Shown here: piece after piece, positions 62,630 through 64,000 of the stretch | Layout: every line of letters begins with the position of its first letter | How positions within the stretch are numbered: the stretch's first letter is position 1 | NCBI RefSeq assembly: GCF_006345805.1 | Contig: NC_043002.1 | Span: 25,110,001 to 25,174,000 of the forward strand | Source of the DNA: Octopus sinensis | Taxonomy: Eukaryota | Direction: 5' to 3' | Length of the DNA: 64,000 nt | The notes under the pieces: model-generated | Told to the model about the DNA's origin: nothing | What the model saw: only the letters and a program-made list of their open reading frames with translations | Databases searched by the model: none | Made by a program: the position numbers and the translations under genes

Positions 62630-62935
62630 ATAATATGTGACAAATATTTGGTTGCCATAATAAAACTCCGAGTTTTGGATGTCGGGGCGGAAACCTGCAC
62701 CAGCACCTCTTCAGTTATCAAGACAATTAAAATATGCTATGAAAATGACTGTTAAACAAAGGGAAATTACTATGTAATTGACTAATAGCTCTTTTGTCTT
62801 AGTTTTGTCTGAAACTCAGAGTTTTATTAAGGCAACCGAATAATTGTCACATATTATATTACAGATAAATTCCTCTATTTACATAATATCGAGGTCTCCT
62901 TCATTCTTTTGTTGTCTTACCATTACTATTAATAT
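62630..62935. mobile_element. Fold-back element, unit 9 (same family as unit 7)
   Basis: Shares the ATATGTGACAA...GATGTCGGGGCGGAAAC...CTCTTCAGTTATC segment and the tail with 21652-21922. The minus-strand hammerhead at 62660-62719 has AAAA instead of GAAA. Confidence 0.75.
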
Positions 62936-62944
62936 ATATATATC

Positions 62945-63232
62945 ACCATGACCGACCAGGCTATCAGATGTTGCTACACATCGCTGGTCACAATGCGCTT
63001 CGCATTGTTTTAGCCTTCAAATGACACCACCCCGCTGGCTAAGCGAGCAGGCCAACAGAAAAAAGAGTGAGAGAAAATTGCAGCGAAAGAGTACAGCAGC
63101 CCCCCCCCCTGCCTGAGCTTCGTGGAGCCTTAGGTGTTTTCGCTCAATAAACACACACAACGCCCGGGAATCGAAACCGCGATCCTCCAACCGTGAGTCC
63201 GCTGCCCTAACCACTGGGCCATTGCGCCTCCA
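62945..63232 (-). mobile_element. tRNA-derived SINE
   Basis: Minus-strand head GGAGGCGCAATGGCCCAGTGGTTAGGGCAGCGG...GGTTTCGATTCCCGG. Confidence 0.8.
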
Positions 63233-63257
63233 CACACACACACACCACACACACACA

Positions 63258-63316
<59 letters not shown>

Positions 63317-63320
63317 CTCG

Positions 63321-64000
63321 ACAGAGTGTTAGTACCTTGAGAGAAATGTTGTACCTAAGAAGCATCAGTTGTGGTGTGCAAGAGAGACGATTGCGCTGGT
63401 ATGGTCATGTGGCGAGAATGTGAGAGAACCCGTGGAAGAGGTAGACCCAGGAAAACCTGGGATGAGGTGGTGAAGCACGACCTTCGAACTTTAGGCCTCA
63501 CTGAGGAAATGACCAGCGACCGAGACCTTTGGAAATATGCTGTACGTGAGAAGACCATGCAGGACAAGTGAGCCCAGCCCACTTATGCATGCCTTTCCTC
63601 CCTTGGACACAAAGACCTGTTGAGGCAAGCGAAGTCGATATAGAACCTCATCCGACGACAGGCACCCATGCTAACCCCCTTTGCTTGCGAAGACATGTTG
63701 GGGCAAGCGAAATTGAAATCGAATTGAACCAGCCAGGATCCCTGGTCTGGTGGTACGTAAAAAGCACTATCCGACTCGTGGCCGATGCCAGCGCCGCCTC
63801 GACTGGCTTCCGTGCCGGTGGCATGTAAAATACACCAATCCGACCATGGCCATTGCCAGTCTCGCCTGGCACCTGTACAGGTGGCACGTAAAAAGCACCC
63901 ACTACATTCACGGAGTGGTTGGCGTTAGGAAGGGCATCCAGCTGTAGAAACATTGCCAGATAAGACTGGAGCCTGGTGCAGCCTTCTGGCTTCCCAGATC
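63321..64000 (+). mobile_element. Short 5-prime-truncated RTE copy with 3-prime UTR (runs off window)
   Basis: RGRGRPRKTWDEVVKHDLRTLGLTEEMTSDRDLWKYAV, then the RTE-tail sequence. Confidence 0.85.

Overview
AT-rich, microsatellite-laden animal genomic DNA. The repeat families and the (TTAGGG)-type repeat point to a coleoid cephalopod, most likely Octopus; this is recognition from memory, not a database result. There is one host protein-coding gene: a minus-strand, 7-coding-exon C2H2 zinc-finger gene that I recognise as a ZFP64 orthologue (exons 50278-50317, 42429-42985, 33074-33992, 30370-30621, 28992-29064, 24952-25154, 22328-24309). The splice phases all fit and give 4026 nt / 1341 aa. An ETS/E-box/YY1 promoter lies at about 50375-50435. 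The rest is transposon-derived: a Tc1 (DD34E, IR/DR) element, a pogo/Tigger deletion derivative, several MITEs, a Helitron-like element, RTE, CR1 and R4-like LINE fragments, a solo LTR and many tRNA-derived SINEs. The most unusual signal is a set of at least nine head-to-head fold-back elements, mostly sitting in (TA)n tracts and belonging to about eight unrelated sequence families. Each carries a type I hammerhead ribozyme fold, usually at the inversion junction. Two have swapped 3-8 catalytic-core pairs (U3-A8, G3-C8), three share a U.U mismatch at the base of stem II, and two are tandem ribozyme-to-ribozyme units (356 and 559 nt) resembling retrozymes or non-autonomous Penelope-like elements. 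All ribozyme calls come from manual base-pairing; none has been computed or tested.
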